Source: an uncultured Chloroflexia bacterium
Lineage (GTDB): Bacteria > Chloroflexota > Ktedonobacteria > Ktedonobacterales > JADMIN01
Length of the DNA stretch: 64,000 nt
NCBI GenBank assembly: GCA_963840335.1
Contig: CAWIYP010000027.1
Span: forward strand, 24,892 to 88,891
Reading direction: 5' to 3'
A model generated the notes under the pieces. It was not told the origin of the DNA, did not search any database, and saw only the letters and a list, made by a program, of their open reading frames with translations. This document shows, piece by piece, positions 1 through 11,484 of this stretch (positions are counted from its first letter, which is position 1; each line of letters opens with the position of its first letter). Position numbers and translations under genes: made by a program.

Positions 1-1304
1 CCCCATGCAGCCGACCCAGTAGAGCACGTCCACATCGGGATCTTCGGCCAGCGTCGGCACGTTCAGACCAGCGGCCCACTCCGCGCGGGTATCGTTGCTG
101 ATCTCCCACGGATTCTGGTTGCGCTCCAGATTGTTGAAGAGCGGCGTCACTTCCTGCGGGAAGCGGCTCTCCTCCATCACCAGATAGCGGCGCATGTCGT
201 CGATCTTCTGCACATGCTCGATGGAGACGGGGCAAATCTCGACGCAGGCGCCGCAGTTCGTGCAGGCCCAGAGCGACTCGTCTTTGATGAGGCCGCCGAC
301 CATCGGCTCGCTTTTCGCGGCTTCCTCTGCCGCGCCCGCGCCCACCAGCGTCATATTGCTCTTGGCGAAGAGCTCCTCCTTGACATTGAGGATGATCTCC
401 TTCGGCCAGAGCGGCTTATCGGTCGCCAGCGCCGGGCAGACGCTATTGCAGCGCCCGCACTCGGTGCAGGCGTAGCCATCGAGGAGCTGCTTCCAGGTGA
501 ACTGATTCACCTCATGCACGCCGTAGTCTTCGCGCTCCTCCAGATTCTCGATCGGCTGGAGCGCGCCGCGCGGGCCGTAGTTGCGGAAGAAGACGTTGAA
601 GGGGGTCGCCAGCAGGTGCAGGTGCTTCGAGTAGGGCAGATACATCAGGAAGCCCAGCACCGTCAGCGCGTTCGCCCACCACGCCACCGAGGCGATGGCC
701 ACCGCCGAGTCGACGGGCAGACTCATCATCATGAGCCAAGCCAGGCGCCGATGGGAGTCCAGTCCTCGCCGCGCGTGGCGACATAGGCGAAGATCTCGAA
801 GGCGGCCAGCGAGACCAGCACCAGCGTAATCAGCGCGAGGATGACGAAGGCGTCGGCCATGCCGTGCGACTCGCTGCGGAGCTGGCGTGGGCGCAGGAAG
901 ACGCGGCGGAAGGTGAAGTAGAGCATGGCGAGAAACGCCATGACAACGAAGAAATCCAGGATGATGGCGAACGGACGGCTGGTGAGCACCGGCAGCTTGA
1001 AGCCGAGGCCCATCGCCCAGAGGTTCAGCGCATCGAGCTGGATGATGATGAAGCCCCAGAAGGTGAAGAAGTGCGCCAGCCCCGGCAGCGGATCGCGCAG
1101 CACGCCCCGCTGGCCCAGCACCATCAACGCGAAATACTTGATGCGGTCGCCGATGCGGTCGAAGCGATTCTCCGGGCGACCGGCGAGCATCAGCCGCACG
1201 AGCGTGCGAATGCGCAGCGCGAAGACCACCCACGCCGTGACCAGCACGATGGCGAAGATGATCGCGCCTACTGGCCCGCCCGACGGCCAGAACTGGAGAC
1301 CCAT
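1..1304 (-). CDS. Membrane-bound Fe-S oxidoreductase (FadF/EtfD-like, HdrD/CCG family); frameshift near 730; runs off the window start
   Basis: N-terminal TM helices with the HFFTFWGF motif. Downstream minus-strand sequence encodes CTECGRC...CP and CTNCGACVEICP 4Fe-4S motifs and VLYWVGC. Follows etfBA. Confidence 0.85.
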
Positions 1305-1314
1305 GTATGTTCCT

Positions 1315-1341
1315 CCGACTATCGCCGACTATCGCCGACTA
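1315..1341. repeat. Tandem repeat CCGACTATCG x2.7 abutting the RBS of the Fe-S oxidoreductase gene
   Basis: ccgactatcg ccgactatcg ccgacta read directly; minus-strand GGAGGA follows immediately. Confidence 0.7.
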
Positions 1342-1460
1342 GCTGCGCGAGGGCCGCGCCGCCTCGTCTCTGCCGATACGCGTTTCACGCTGGAGCACGC
1401 CTGCGGCAAGCACGACGCGGGGCTGGAGATGACCTCCGCAGCCCCGCGTCGTGCTTGCCC

Positions 1461-2509
1461 TTAGCTCCCTTTGCGCTGCTTCACCTTTTCGGTGAGCTGT
1501 GGGATGATCGTGTTCAGATCGCCGACGACACCCAGGTCGCAGAAGCTGAAGATGGGGGCTTCTTTGTCCTTGTTGATGGCGATGATGAGGTTCGAGGAAC
1601 CCATGCCCGCCTTGTGCTGCACGGCGCCGGAGATGCCGACAGCGATGTAGACGGTCGGTTTGACGGTCTTGCCCGTCTGCCCCACCTGATGGCCATAGGG
1701 AATCCAGCCAGCGTCCACCGCCGCGCGTGAGGCGCCCACGCCAGCGTCGAGCGCCGTGGCCAGCGCCTCGATCTGCGCGAAGCCTTGCGGGCCCACCCAG
1801 GCCACGCCCGCCGGAGACGATGATCTGCGCCTCTTCCAGCTTGGCGCGCATGGCGGCGGGCATCCAGATGTCGTGGCCATCGGGCGGCCTTGCCCAGGTG
1901 GCCCGCCTCAGCCGCGCCCTCCGTGCCGAAGGGGCCGCTGAGCTTCGCGCCATTCGCCGGAGCCGCCGGCCGCTGGCACGGCGACCACCTCAGCCGCGCC
2001 GCCGACCCGATTCGTCGGGAAGGCGTTGGAGCGCGCACCGATGAGCTTCGTCCCGTCGCCCTTGAAGGTCGCCTTGACCGACTGCGAGCCGCCGAAGGCT
2101 GGCACGGTCATCACCAGCGAGCCACCATCGACGCTGACCTCGCTGACGTTGTATTCCAGGCCCAGGCCGAGCCGCGCCGCGAGCCGCGCCGCCACATCGC
2201 GCCCATAGTTGGTCACGCCAAAGAGGATCGCCGCTGGCTGATGCTGCTCGTACCAGCGCGGCCAGGGTCTCGACATGCGGCTGGATGAGGTATTCATCGT
2301 AGACCGCGCCATCGGCGGCGTAGACCGTCTTGACGCCGACACGAGCCGAGGTCCTGCGCGGCGGCGGCGGTATTCGTCCCCATCGCCACAGCGGCGGATG
2401 AGCCGCCCATCTGGCCCGCAAGCTCGGCGGCCTTGCTCGCCAGTTGCAGCGAGATGCCCGCCAGTTTGCCATTGGCGATTTCCGCCAACGCCCATACATC
2501 GTTCGCCAT
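1461..2509 (-). CDS. etfA: Electron transfer flavoprotein subunit alpha (several indels)
   Basis: Pieces in different frames: [15 protein letters not shown]..., [36 protein letters not shown]...[23 protein letters not shown]. Confidence 0.93.
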
Positions 2510-2511
2510 GG

Positions 2512-3288
2512 CTACAGCACCTTCTGCTCTACGAGGTACGCGACGATGCGATCCGCCGCGCCATCATTGCCCATGTAGATCTCGCCTTTGCGCTCCGTCG
2601 TGATCGCCTCGGCGCTGAGGGCCTGCTCGCGCGCGCCCGCCATGCCCACCTGGGCGGCGTCGAGGCCGAGGTCGGCCAGCGTGAGCGTATCGATGGGCTT
2701 CTTCTTCGACGCCATGATGCCCTTCATGGAAGGGTAGCGCGGCTCGTTGATGCTCTTCATCACGCTGACGAGCGCGGGCGTGGCGGCCTCGGCCACCTGA
2801 TAGCCAATCTCCGCCTGCCGCTCGATGCGCGCGGTCGCGCCTTCGATGTCGAGCTTGGTGGCGAAGGAGAGCAGTGGCGCGCCAAGGAACTCGGCCACCG
2901 CCGCTGGCACGACGCCGCCGTAGGCGTCCGCCGCCGCGCTGCCAAAGAGCGCGAGGTCGAAGTTGAGCTTCTTGAGGGCGGCGGCCAGCGCGCGCGCGGT
3001 GGCGATGGCATCGGAGCCAGCCAGCGCGTCATCGTTCAGCAGCACGCCACGATCGGCGCCCATCGCCAGCGCCTTGCGGATGGTCTCCGACGCGGTCGCT
3101 GGCCCCATGCACAGGGCGATGACCTCGCCGCCATGCTTCTCCTGTTGGCGCAGTCCTTCTTCAATCGCATACTCGTCGAAGGGGTTGATGACCGCGTCCT
3201 CTTTGCGCCGTTCCAGTCGCATATCCGCGCCGAAGCGCTTCTGCACCGTGGTGGACGGCGTCTCCTTCATGCAGACGACGATATTCAC
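2512..3288 (-). CDS. etfB: Electron transfer flavoprotein subunit beta
   Basis: GTG start at 3288 (NIVVCMKE); INPFDEYAIEE, ALAMGAD and INEPRYPSMKGIM motifs. Confidence 0.95.
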   Translation of the reverse strand: MNIVVCMKETPSTTVQKRFGADMRLERRKEDAVINPFDEYAIEEGLRQQEKHGGEVIALCMGPATASETIRKALAMGADRGVLLNDDALAGSDAIATARALAAALKKLNFDLALFGSAAADAYGGVVPAAVAEFLGAPLLSFATKLDIEGATARIERQAEIGYQVAEAATPALVSVMKSINEPRYPSMKGIMASKKKPIDTLTLADLGLDAAQVGMAGAREQALSAEAITTERKGEIYMGNDGAADRIVAYLVEQKVL

Positions 3289-3761
3289 GAGGTGTATCCT
3301 CTCCCACAAACCAGACCACAAGCCATCGCATCGCAGCGAATAGCCTACCATATCATCACGCCGTCCTGAGCGTGCGCGGCGCCAGACCCACTGCCCGCGC
3401 GCAAGCGCAAGGTGAGGAGTGGGAGGAAGTCGCCGAACGCGCTCGCTCATGGCGGCCTGCTTCTGTGTTAGCTGGCCCCCACCAGCTACATCCGGTGAGC
3501 TGGCGATGGTCATCGCGCGAGGGGAAAAAGAGTGGCGACGCGACGGGCAGCGTCACAATGGCTCGCATCAGTCTACGCCAGCAATCGCGGGCGTCAGGAG
3601 GCGAACACCTTTGTCCCCTCGTATCATGCTAAGCCCATTGTAGCCGGGCATTCTTGGCAGTGTCAACGTGTAGCTGGCTGACGAGAAGGGGGATAGGCGT
3701 GTCCGCAGGGAAGGAATATCGTAGGGCGAGTGCCACATGACGCCGCCTGATTGGCTCTGCC

Positions 3762-4761
3762 TCACGATTCGTCGGCAGCCTGCTCTTGCGTCGACGCGCT
3801 GGCCCGCTTGCGCTTCGGCTTCGGCGCGGGCGCGATGGGTGGCGTGTCGAACTCGCTGACGGCGGGCGCATACTCCTGCTCGCCCGTGGCGCCATCCACC
3901 GCACCCGCGCGCAGCGGGGAGCGTGGGCCGGGCACGATCTCGACTGAGCCGAAGAGCGTCTCTTGCTTGACGATGAGCCGCGACTGATGCCACATCTCCA
4001 GCACCGCGAGGAACGTCACGACCACCGCGAAGCGTGAGGTCGCCAGCAGCAACGCCTCCTCCAGCGTCACGCGGCCACGCTCAGCCAGCAGCCGCTCGAC
4101 CTCCTCCATCTTCTCGGCGACAGTGACGAGGGGCAAGCGTCAGTTGCTCTGGCTGGGAGAAGCGCTGCTCTGTCAGCACCCGCTTGAAGACCGCCGCCAG
4201 CGCGTTGACATTCAGGCCAACCAGCTTCGGTGGCGCCCAGGTCAACATCATATCGGCGTCTACGAGGCGCGTGGAGCGAGTGAAGCTCTGGAGTCCAGCC
4301 AGCTCGCGCGCCCGCAGCGACCGGGCGATCTCGCGGGCAAGCTGATACTCGCGCAGACGTTGCGCCAGCTCCTCGGCGTCATCCAGCGGATCGTCGTCTT
4401 CGAGAGCATCCTGACGAATCTGGCGCGGCAGCAGGCTCCGCGACTTGATGAGCAGCAGCCGCGCCGCCATCGCCACGAACTCCGCCAGACGCGGCAGTGG
4501 TGGCTCATCCCAGATCCGCAGGTACGCCACAAACTGGTCGGTGACAGCCACCAGCGATATGCTGGTAATCTCCATCTGGTTCTTCTCGATCAGGTTCAGC
4601 AGCAGATCGAGCGGCCCCTCGAAGCCGGGCAGATGCACGGTATATGGCTCGTCCTCGACCTCAGCGGCGGGGTCAGGCGCCAGCGGGAGTTGTGTCAGCG
4701 CATCGGCGGCTGGGGTGTCGTGGACACGGATCGCCGTGGGCTTGTTGCGTGTCTGGCCCAT
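3762..4761 (-). CDS. scpA: Segregation and condensation protein A (kleisin); frameshift near 4130
   Basis: FEGPLDLLLNLI, AEFVAMAARLLLIKSRSLLP and C-terminal VVVTFLAVLEM...Q..LFG. Confidence 0.93.
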
Positions 4762-4942
4762 ACCTCGCGCCTCCCATCTACCGCAGCGCTAACATAATCG
4801 CTTGCCCCATTCTACGAACGCCCGACAGAAGCGGTCAAAGAACGACGCCGCATGGGCTAAGACGCCGGGGCGCCGCTTGCGTCGCGCGAAGCCTCGCTGG
4901 ATAATCACAAAGGCGCGGCGAGACGCGCAGTGGAGGAGATAC

Positions 4943-5482
4943 ATGCTGTATATCGCATTCCTGCGAGGCATCAACGTTGGCGGCCATCAGGTGAAGATGG
5001 ATCACCTGCGCGCGCTCTTTACCGAGCTGGGGCACACGCATGTCCGTACCTATATACAGACGGGAAACGTGTTCTTCGAGGCGCCAGAGGGCGACCGCGC
5101 GGCGCTAACCGAGGCCGCTGAGTCACATCTGCGCGCGGCGCTCGGCTACGCCGTGCCTGTCTGCCTGCGCACCGTCGCGGAGGTCGAGCAGACCCTCGCG
5201 CGCGACCCCTTCAAGGGCGCGGTGGTCACCGACGACATGCGGCTCTGCGTCGTCTTCGCGGCGAAACCTGTCCCACAGACGCTGGAGTTGCCCGTGTGGT
5301 CGCCCCGGCGCGACATGGAGATTCGCGCCGTCACCGAGATGGATGCCTTCGTCGTCTGGCATCTGCGCGATGGCAGACCGCCCGCATCATCGAAGTTTCT
5401 GGAGCAGACGCTGGGCAGCGATGTGACGACGCGCTTCGTCCATACCACCGCGAAAATCCTTGATGCGGCGCGGGCGGGCTGA
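4943..5482 (+). CDS. DUF1697 family protein
   Basis: YIAFLRGINVGG...VRTYIQTGNV signature; GGAGG RBS before ATG 4943. Confidence 0.9.
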   Translation: MLYIAFLRGINVGGHQVKMDHLRALFTELGHTHVRTYIQTGNVFFEAPEGDRAALTEAAESHLRAALGYAVPVCLRTVAEVEQTLARDPFKGAVVTDDMRLCVVFAAKPVPQTLELPVWSPRRDMEIRAVTEMDAFVVWHLRDGRPPASSKFLEQTLGSDVTTRFVHTTAKILDAARAG

Positions 5483-5985
5483 GGCATGACAGCTCCCGAT
5501 AGCATGCGTAGGTGGCATCGATATTGCGTACGGTTAGTATTGCATAGTCAAGCTCATCGGGGTAGCGCCTCCGCAAGGGGCTCCACCGATGAGCGCAGTA
5601 TCGCGCAGCATGTCCCTGTAGTATGGATGCGGATGATGCGCAGTACACACCTGGCGTGACGCCGCCTTTCAGCGCAGCCACCTTCTATTTCTTACGGTGC
5701 GGCGACGCTGGGAACTGCGCTCGGCGCGTAGTGTTACCCTAATGGACAGAGACTCTACACTACCAGCGGCTTTGATTCACACGTTCTCTTGTATGCGGAT
5801 TGCTCCAGCGGGTCTCCATGTGGAGGCCATGCCGCGCATCCGCGGTTGGCGACCTTTGCAGCCGCCGTTCCTCGCGTTCGAGCCGCGCACGCGCATGAGA
5901 GCGCGGCCGCCATCGGCCACGGTAGGACTCGTGGTCGCGCTGTGGCGAAAAATACCTATTCACCACAGCGCGAGGAGCGCTGAAC

Positions 5986-6384
5986 ATGAACAGCCTGGTA
6001 GGCTTCGACTGGATGAGTTATTTTCAGAGTCTTTCAGATGACGAGATGCGTAATCTCGCGACCTGGCTTGTCGCCGAATGCCTTCATGTCGGCGAGTTCA
6101 TGGAAGTTGTAGACCGGGTGTACTCCCGGACAGCGGATGAATGGCGTGAACAGCCATCGGTTTTCGTAGTCTGGCATGGGCTTCCTGGCGCTGAGGACTA
6201 TGCCCACCGCAAACAGCGATTTGCCGAGCTCATTGCCGCCCTCGAAGAAGCCTGCATGACGGGCGCTTTACCTGGCGACGTTGCGCCTGACGAGCTCGAG
6301 TTATCGCAGCCATGCCCGTTGGCAGCGCTGTCTATCGGCGAAGTGCTGGGAGCGCTCGAATACGCGCGAAACGGCGCTGACTGA
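5986..6384 (+). CDS. Hypothetical protein (132 aa)
   Basis: GAGGAG RBS and protein-like composition; no family recognised. Confidence 0.55.
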   Translation: MNSLVGFDWMSYFQSLSDDEMRNLATWLVAECLHVGEFMEVVDRVYSRTADEWREQPSVFVVWHGLPGAEDYAHRKQRFAELIAALEEACMTGALPGDVAPDELELSQPCPLAALSIGEVLGALEYARNGAD

Positions 6385-6668
6385 GCGGGGTGGAGCGCCT
6401 CACAGCGCGGAATGGCCGTGCTGCGACCGCTCGCATGGCCCGAAGCCACAATCGTTGACATGCGTCATTGACGTGAGCGCGGCCACCAGCCGCGGCATGC
6501 GTGACGCAGGTATTTGTAGCGTGTGGCCCACGCGCGATCAGGTCTCGATCAACGTGTGGGCATGAGCTGATGCATCTCGCGGAAGCAGACGACTGCTGAA
6601 GATACTGGCAGCGCCCGGCGCAGCGCGCTACACCGCGCGACATTGGCCCACAAATGAGGAGGTACCTC

Positions 6669-8777
6669 ATGGACAACCAGCAGGAAGTTGCTGAGGCGCA
6701 GATCGCCGTCCACTGGAGAGAAGAAGAGTATTACTCTCCCCCGCCGAAGTTCATCGCCCAGGCAAATGCCGGCGATCCAGCCATCCTCGAGCGCTTCCGC
6801 GAAGACCGGTTTCCCGAATGCTTCAAGGAGTATGCCGATCTACTCACCTGGGACCAGTATTGGCATACCACGCTCGATACCAGTAATGCTCCCTTCTGGA
6901 AGTGGTTCGTCGGTGGCAAGCTCAACGCCTGCTACAACTGTGTCGATCGCCACCTGGCGAAGAACCGCAACAAGGCCGCCTTCATCTGGGAGCCAGAGCT
7001 GGAAAATGAAGCGAGTGAGACCATCACCTATCAGGAGCTCTATATCCGGGTGAATGAGTTTGCCGCGCTCCTGCGGGACTTCGCCAAAGTGCAAATGGGC
7101 GACCGCATCACCTTTCACCTCCCGATGCTCCCGGCGCTCCCAGTCTCGATGCTCGCATGCGCTCGGCTGGGGGTCATCCACTCAGAGGTATTTGGTGGCT
7201 TTAGCGGCGCCGCCTGTGGTGATCGGATCGTGGACTCTGGCAGCCACATCCTGGTCACGATGGACGCCTACTATCGCAATGGCGAGCTGATCGACCACAA
7301 GGCAAAAGCTGACCTGGCGGTTCAACTGGCTGAGGCAAATGGCGTGAAGGTGGATAAAGTCCTGGTGTGGCGCCGCTATCCCGGAAAGTATTCTTCTCCC
7401 ACGCCGATGGTGGAAGGACGGGATTTCTTTGTGGACGACCTGCTGGGAGCCTATCGCGGGCAGTTGGTCGATCCCGTTTCGATGCCCGCGGAAGCCCCGC
7501 TGTTCCTGATGTACACCAGCGGGACGACAGCCAAGCCGAAGGGCTGCCAGCATAGCACTGGCGGCTACCTCTCCTATGTCGCGGGAACGTCGAAGTACTA
7601 CCAGGACATTCACCAGGAAGATACGTACTGGTGCTTCGCTGACATCGGATGGATCACTGGCCATTCGTACATCGTGTACGGCCCGTTGGCGCTCGGCGCT
7701 ACGAGCGTTATGTACGAAGGCGCGCCAACCTACCCGGACGCCGGGCGACCCTGGCGCATCGCCGAACGCCTGGGCGTCAACATCTTCCACACCGCGCCGA
7801 CGACGATCCGCATGCTACGAAAAGCTGGGCCAGATGAGCCAAAGAAGTATCACTACCACTTCAAGCACATGACGACCGTGGGAGAGCCGATCGAGCCGGA
7901 GGTCTGGCGCTGGTACTACCAGACCGTGGGGAAAGGTGAGGCGGCCATCGTTGACACCTGGTGGCAAACAGAAAACGGCGGCTTCCTCGGCAGCACACTG
8001 CCCGCGCTGCAGGCGATGAAGCCGGGGAGCTGCGGCCCTGGTGTCCTGGGCATCTATCCTGAGATCCTGGATGAAGATGGGAAGCCCGTCGAAGCTGGAA
8101 GCGGCAAGGCGGGGAATATCTGCATCAGGAACCCGTGGCCCGGTATCTTCCAGACGGTCTGGGGGCAGCCCGAGCGGTACGTGTCGACGTATTACGCGAA
8201 GTACTGCAAAAACCGGGAGAGCAAAGACTGGCATGACTGGCCCTACTTCGCTGGAGATGGCGCCATGCTAGCCAACGATGGCTATTTCCGGATCCTGGGG
8301 CGCGTAGACGACGTGATCAACGTGGCTGGCCATCGCCTGGGCACGAAGGAACTGGAGTCGGCGGCGCTCACCGTCGAAGAGGTTGCGGAGGCCGCGGCCG
8401 TTCCTGTGGTAGATGAGCTGAGAGGCCGCGCTGTCGAGATGTACATCGCCCTCAAGCCGGGTTACACGCCGAGCGATGCCATCGCCGCGAAGGTTCAGGG
8501 CGCCATCGACACGCTCATCGGCAAAATGGCGCGCCCAAAGAATGTCTGGATTGTGCCAGACATGCCCAAGACCCGCTCGGGGAAGATCATGCGCAGGGTC
8601 ATCGCCAGCGTATCGAACTTCATGCCTGTCGGAGATATCACCACGCTGGCGAATCCAGAGGTGGTCGAGAGTATACGCGGTGAGGTACAGGGAGCGAAAG
8701 TCGCGCGAGGAGATCTACCGCGAGAGCTCACACCGCAGGAGCTGGAGGAAATCAGCAAGTTTGGGCATGCCGAATAG
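6669..8777 (+). CDS. acs: Acetate--CoA ligase
   Basis: YTSGTTAKPKG, DTWWQTE, GRVDDVINVAGHRLGT and PKTRSGKIMRR motifs; GAGGAGG RBS. Confidence 0.96.
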   Translation: MDNQQEVAEAQIAVHWREEEYYSPPPKFIAQANAGDPAILERFREDRFPECFKEYADLLTWDQYWHTTLDTSNAPFWKWFVGGKLNACYNCVDRHLAKNRNKAAFIWEPELENEASETITYQELYIRVNEFAALLRDFAKVQMGDRITFHLPMLPALPVSMLACARLGVIHSEVFGGFSGAACGDRIVDSGSHILVTMDAYYRNGELIDHKAKADLAVQLAEANGVKVDKVLVWRRYPGKYSSPTPMVEGRDFFVDDLLGAYRGQLVDPVSMPAEAPLFLMYTSGTTAKPKGCQHSTGGYLSYVAGTSKYYQDIHQEDTYWCFADIGWITGHSYIVYGPLALGATSVMYEGAPTYPDAGRPWRIAERLGVNIFHTAPTTIRMLRKAGPDEPKKYHYHFKHMTTVGEPIEPEVWRWYYQTVGKGEAAIVDTWWQTENGGFLGSTLPALQAMKPGSCGPGVLGIYPEILDEDGKPVEAGSGKAGNICIRNPWPGIFQTVWGQPERYVSTYYAKYCKNRESKDWHDWPYFAGDGAMLANDGYFRILGRVDDVINVAGHRLGTKELESAALTVEEVAEAAAVPVVDELRGRAVEMYIALKPGYTPSDAIAAKVQGAIDTLIGKMARPKNVWIVPDMPKTRSGKIMRRVIASVSNFMPVGDITTLANPEVVESIRGEVQGAKVARGDLPRELTPQELEEISKFGHAE

Positions 8778-8835
8778 CCCTGGATGGTCTGCTGCTGGTC
8801 TGCCGCCACGCGCGTAGCGTAGCGCGCAGCGCGCT

Positions 8836-8876
8836 CTCACCCCTCCTCGCACCCAACAAGCGCGAGGAGGGGTGAG
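8836..8876. terminator. Hairpin between convergent acs and htrA-like gene
   Basis: 15-bp stem CTCACCCCTCCTCGC / GCGAGGAGGGGTGAG. Confidence 0.7.
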
Positions 8877-8886
8877 CTTCGGCCTG

Positions 8887-9930
8887 CTAGCGCCGCTTGC
8901 TGCTGGCGACGACGACGCGCACGGACGCCTCGGCGACGACCGGCCCGCTGGAGCCGTCGCGAATCAGTCCGACGCGCACATTGGCGCCATCAGGCAGGCG
9001 CTCCAGGTGTTTGCGCATGTCGTCTACGGTGCCGACCGGCTTGTCGTCGATCTTGAAGATCACGTCTCCTGGGCGAATGCCCGCATGCGCCGCCGGCCCG
9101 CCTGGCGTCACCTGCATCACCGCGACCGCCGTGGGCTTCTCGATGCGGAGCGCCCGCCGCGCCGCCTGGGTGAGCATGCCCGCCTGCCCCGCGACGCCAA
9201 TCATCGCGCGCCGCACCTCACCATCGCGCATCAGCAGCGCCGCCACCCAGTTCACCGTATTGATCGGGATCGCGAAGGAGAGGCCCTGCGTCTGCTGCAG
9301 GATGGCCACGTTGATGCCGATGACCTCGCCGTTCGCGTTCACCAGCGGCCCGCCGGAGTTGCCAGGATTCACCGCCGCGTCGGTCTGCACGATGTCTTCC
9401 ATCAACCGACCGCCGTAGCCGGGGAGCGTGCGGTGCAGCGCGCTGACGATGCCCGCTGTCACGGTACTCTGGAGGCCCGCCGGGCTACCAATGGCGATGA
9501 CGAGCTGCCCAACATGCAACTGATCGGAGTTGCCCAGCTTCGCCGCTGGCAGGCGCTGGCCATCGGGTGGGGAGATGCGCACGACGGCGACATCTGTCTC
9601 CGGATCATTCCCCACCACCTCCGCGGAAATCTCGCGGCCATCGGCAAGGGTGACCTGAATGCGCAGCGCGCCATCCACCACATGGCTATTCGTCAGGATG
9701 TAGCCATCGGGGGTGAAGATGACGCCAGAGCCTGCGCCCTCCACGACGCGCCCGCCCATGCCTAACGGCATGTTCGAGGGGGCCGATTTCGCTACACCCA
9801 CCTGCACGACCGCTGGCCCGACTCGCTCCACGACGCTCACGATCGAACGCGAATACGCGTCCATCGCCGCGAGCTCATCCGCCGGAACCTGCTCCGGGTG
9901 ATCTTTCTTCGTATTCCCAAACCATGTCAT
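8887..9930 (-). CDS. HtrA/DegP-like S1C serine protease with PDZ domain, no signal peptide
   Basis: TNSHV, DVAVV and NPGNSGG catalytic motifs; C-terminal PDZ. Confidence 0.93.
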   Translation of the reverse strand: MTWFGNTKKDHPEQVPADELAAMDAYSRSIVSVVERVGPAVVQVGVAKSAPSNMPLGMGGRVVEGAGSGVIFTPDGYILTNSHVVDGALRIQVTLADGREISAEVVGNDPETDVAVVRISPPDGQRLPAAKLGNSDQLHVGQLVIAIGSPAGLQSTVTAGIVSALHRTLPGYGGRLMEDIVQTDAAVNPGNSGGPLVNANGEVIGINVAILQQTQGLSFAIPINTVNWVAALLMRDGEVRRAMIGVAGQAGMLTQAARRALRIEKPTAVAVMQVTPGGPAAHAGIRPGDVIFKIDDKPVGTVDDMRKHLERLPDGANVRVGLIRDGSSGPVVAEASVRVVVASSKRR

Positions 9931-10238
9931 TCCGTCATGCGCCTTCCATACTTCGCCGGGGTGTCGCTAGCGCTCGCCAATGTTGCGCGGAGGCCTCGCC
10001 TGGACAACCAGAAACATCGCGCCTCAGGATAGTAGCGGCGTAACGCGCATCTCCTCCGCGACTGGCCGCTCCACCACACTGAGCGCGCAGGGAGTCAGCG
10101 ACGCGCTCACATGGCCAGAGACACGCGGCGCTACTCTCCCAGTTGCTATAATGATGTACGCGCATGCGCATTGCAAGGTTGAGACGCCGCCTCGCACAAA
10201 GATTGCGACACGGCGCGAGCGAAGGGAGGAGAGACGCA

Positions 10239-11171
10239 ATGCTACGACGTTTCAGTGACGCGCGCTCCTATACCCTGCTCTCCATCGCCGCCGCGCTGGT
10301 GACGATGGCGCTCAAGCTTGCCGCCTACAAGCTGACTGGCTCGGTAGGGCTGCTCTCCGACGCGGTGGAATCGGTCGTGAACCTGATCGCGGCGCTGGTG
10401 GCGCTCTGGGCGCTGTGGCTCGCGAGTCGGCCAGCGGATAGCGACCACCACTACGGCCACTCAAAGGCGGAATATTTCTCCAGCGGGCTGGAAGGCGCGC
10501 TCATCTTTGTCGCCGCCGCCAGCATCGCCATCGCCGCGTGGCCGCGCCTGTTCCATCCGCAGCCGCTGGAGCAGGTGGGGCTGGGGTTGTTTATCGCGGC
10601 GGTCGCCTCGGCGCTCAATGGCGGCGTGGCATGGCTGCTCTGGCAGGGAGGCAAGCGCTACCGCTCGGTGACACTCAACGCCGATGCGCGCCACCTGCTC
10701 ACGGATGTCTGGACAACCGTGGGCGTAATCATAGCGGTGGCGGCGGTCAACCTCACCGGCTGGCTCATCCTCGATCCGCTGATCGCGCTGGCTGTGGCCG
10801 CGAACGTGCTGTGGACAGGGCTGCGGCTGATCCGTGAGAGTGGCTACGGCCTGCTCGACACGGCGCTGCCCCAGGTCGACCAGGATACCATCGCGCGCGT
10901 GCTGGAACCCTATCGCAGCGAAGGCATCGAGTTCCACGCCCTGCGCACACGCGGCTCAGGGGCGCGGCGCTTCGTCTCACTGCATGTACTGGTCCCCGGC
11001 TCGTGGTCGGTGCAGCAAGGGCACGACCTCTGCGAGCGCATCGAGTTTGCCCTGCGCCGCGCGCTCTCCGACACGACCGTCTTCACCCACCTGGAGCCAC
11101 GCGAAGATCCCGCCGCCTGGGATGACCAGGGCCTCGACCGCCAGCTAGAAGATAGCGGCACGCAGGTCTGA
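10239..11171 (+). CDS. Cation diffusion facilitator (FieF-like)
   Basis: SVGLLSDAVES, YGHSKAEY, ADARHLLTD and C-terminal HLEP. Confidence 0.93.
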   Translation: MLRRFSDARSYTLLSIAAALVTMALKLAAYKLTGSVGLLSDAVESVVNLIAALVALWALWLASRPADSDHHYGHSKAEYFSSGLEGALIFVAAASIAIAAWPRLFHPQPLEQVGLGLFIAAVASALNGGVAWLLWQGGKRYRSVTLNADARHLLTDVWTTVGVIIAVAAVNLTGWLILDPLIALAVAANVLWTGLRLIRESGYGLLDTALPQVDQDTIARVLEPYRSEGIEFHALRTRGSGARRFVSLHVLVPGSWSVQQGHDLCERIEFALRRALSDTTVFTHLEPREDPAAWDDQGLDRQLEDSGTQV

Positions 11172-11239
11172 GCGAAGCCACGGCACGCGCCCCAGCGAGG
11201 GAATCATCTCCCGCCGGGGCGCGCTGGGACGCTCGCGCG

Positions 11240-11473
11240 TCACGAGGCGACTGGCGCCGTGATGTGCGTCTTGCCTGCCTCGGTCAGGACAAACCGCTCA
11301 CCCTCTTCGCGCAGCAGCGACGCCTGGACAAGCTCGCGCAAGCTGCTGCGGATGCGATAGAGGGGCAGGCCCGTCGCTGCCGCGATTTCCGCTGGCGTGA
11401 GCGGCGCTTGCGCGGCGCGCAGGATGTTGCGCGCGGACGGCGTCACTGTGCCATCAGGATTGATGCAAGCCAT
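11240..11473 (-). CDS. Small winged-helix protein (77 aa) downstream of peroxiredoxin
   Basis: MACINPDG...TPAEIAAATGLPLYRIRSSLRELVQASLL...FVLTEAG wHTH pattern; AAGGAG RBS. Confidence 0.8.
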   Translation of the reverse strand: MACINPDGTVTPSARNILRAAQAPLTPAEIAAATGLPLYRIRSSLRELVQASLLREEGERFVLTEAGKTHITAPVAS

Positions 11474-11484
11474 AGGGATGCTCC

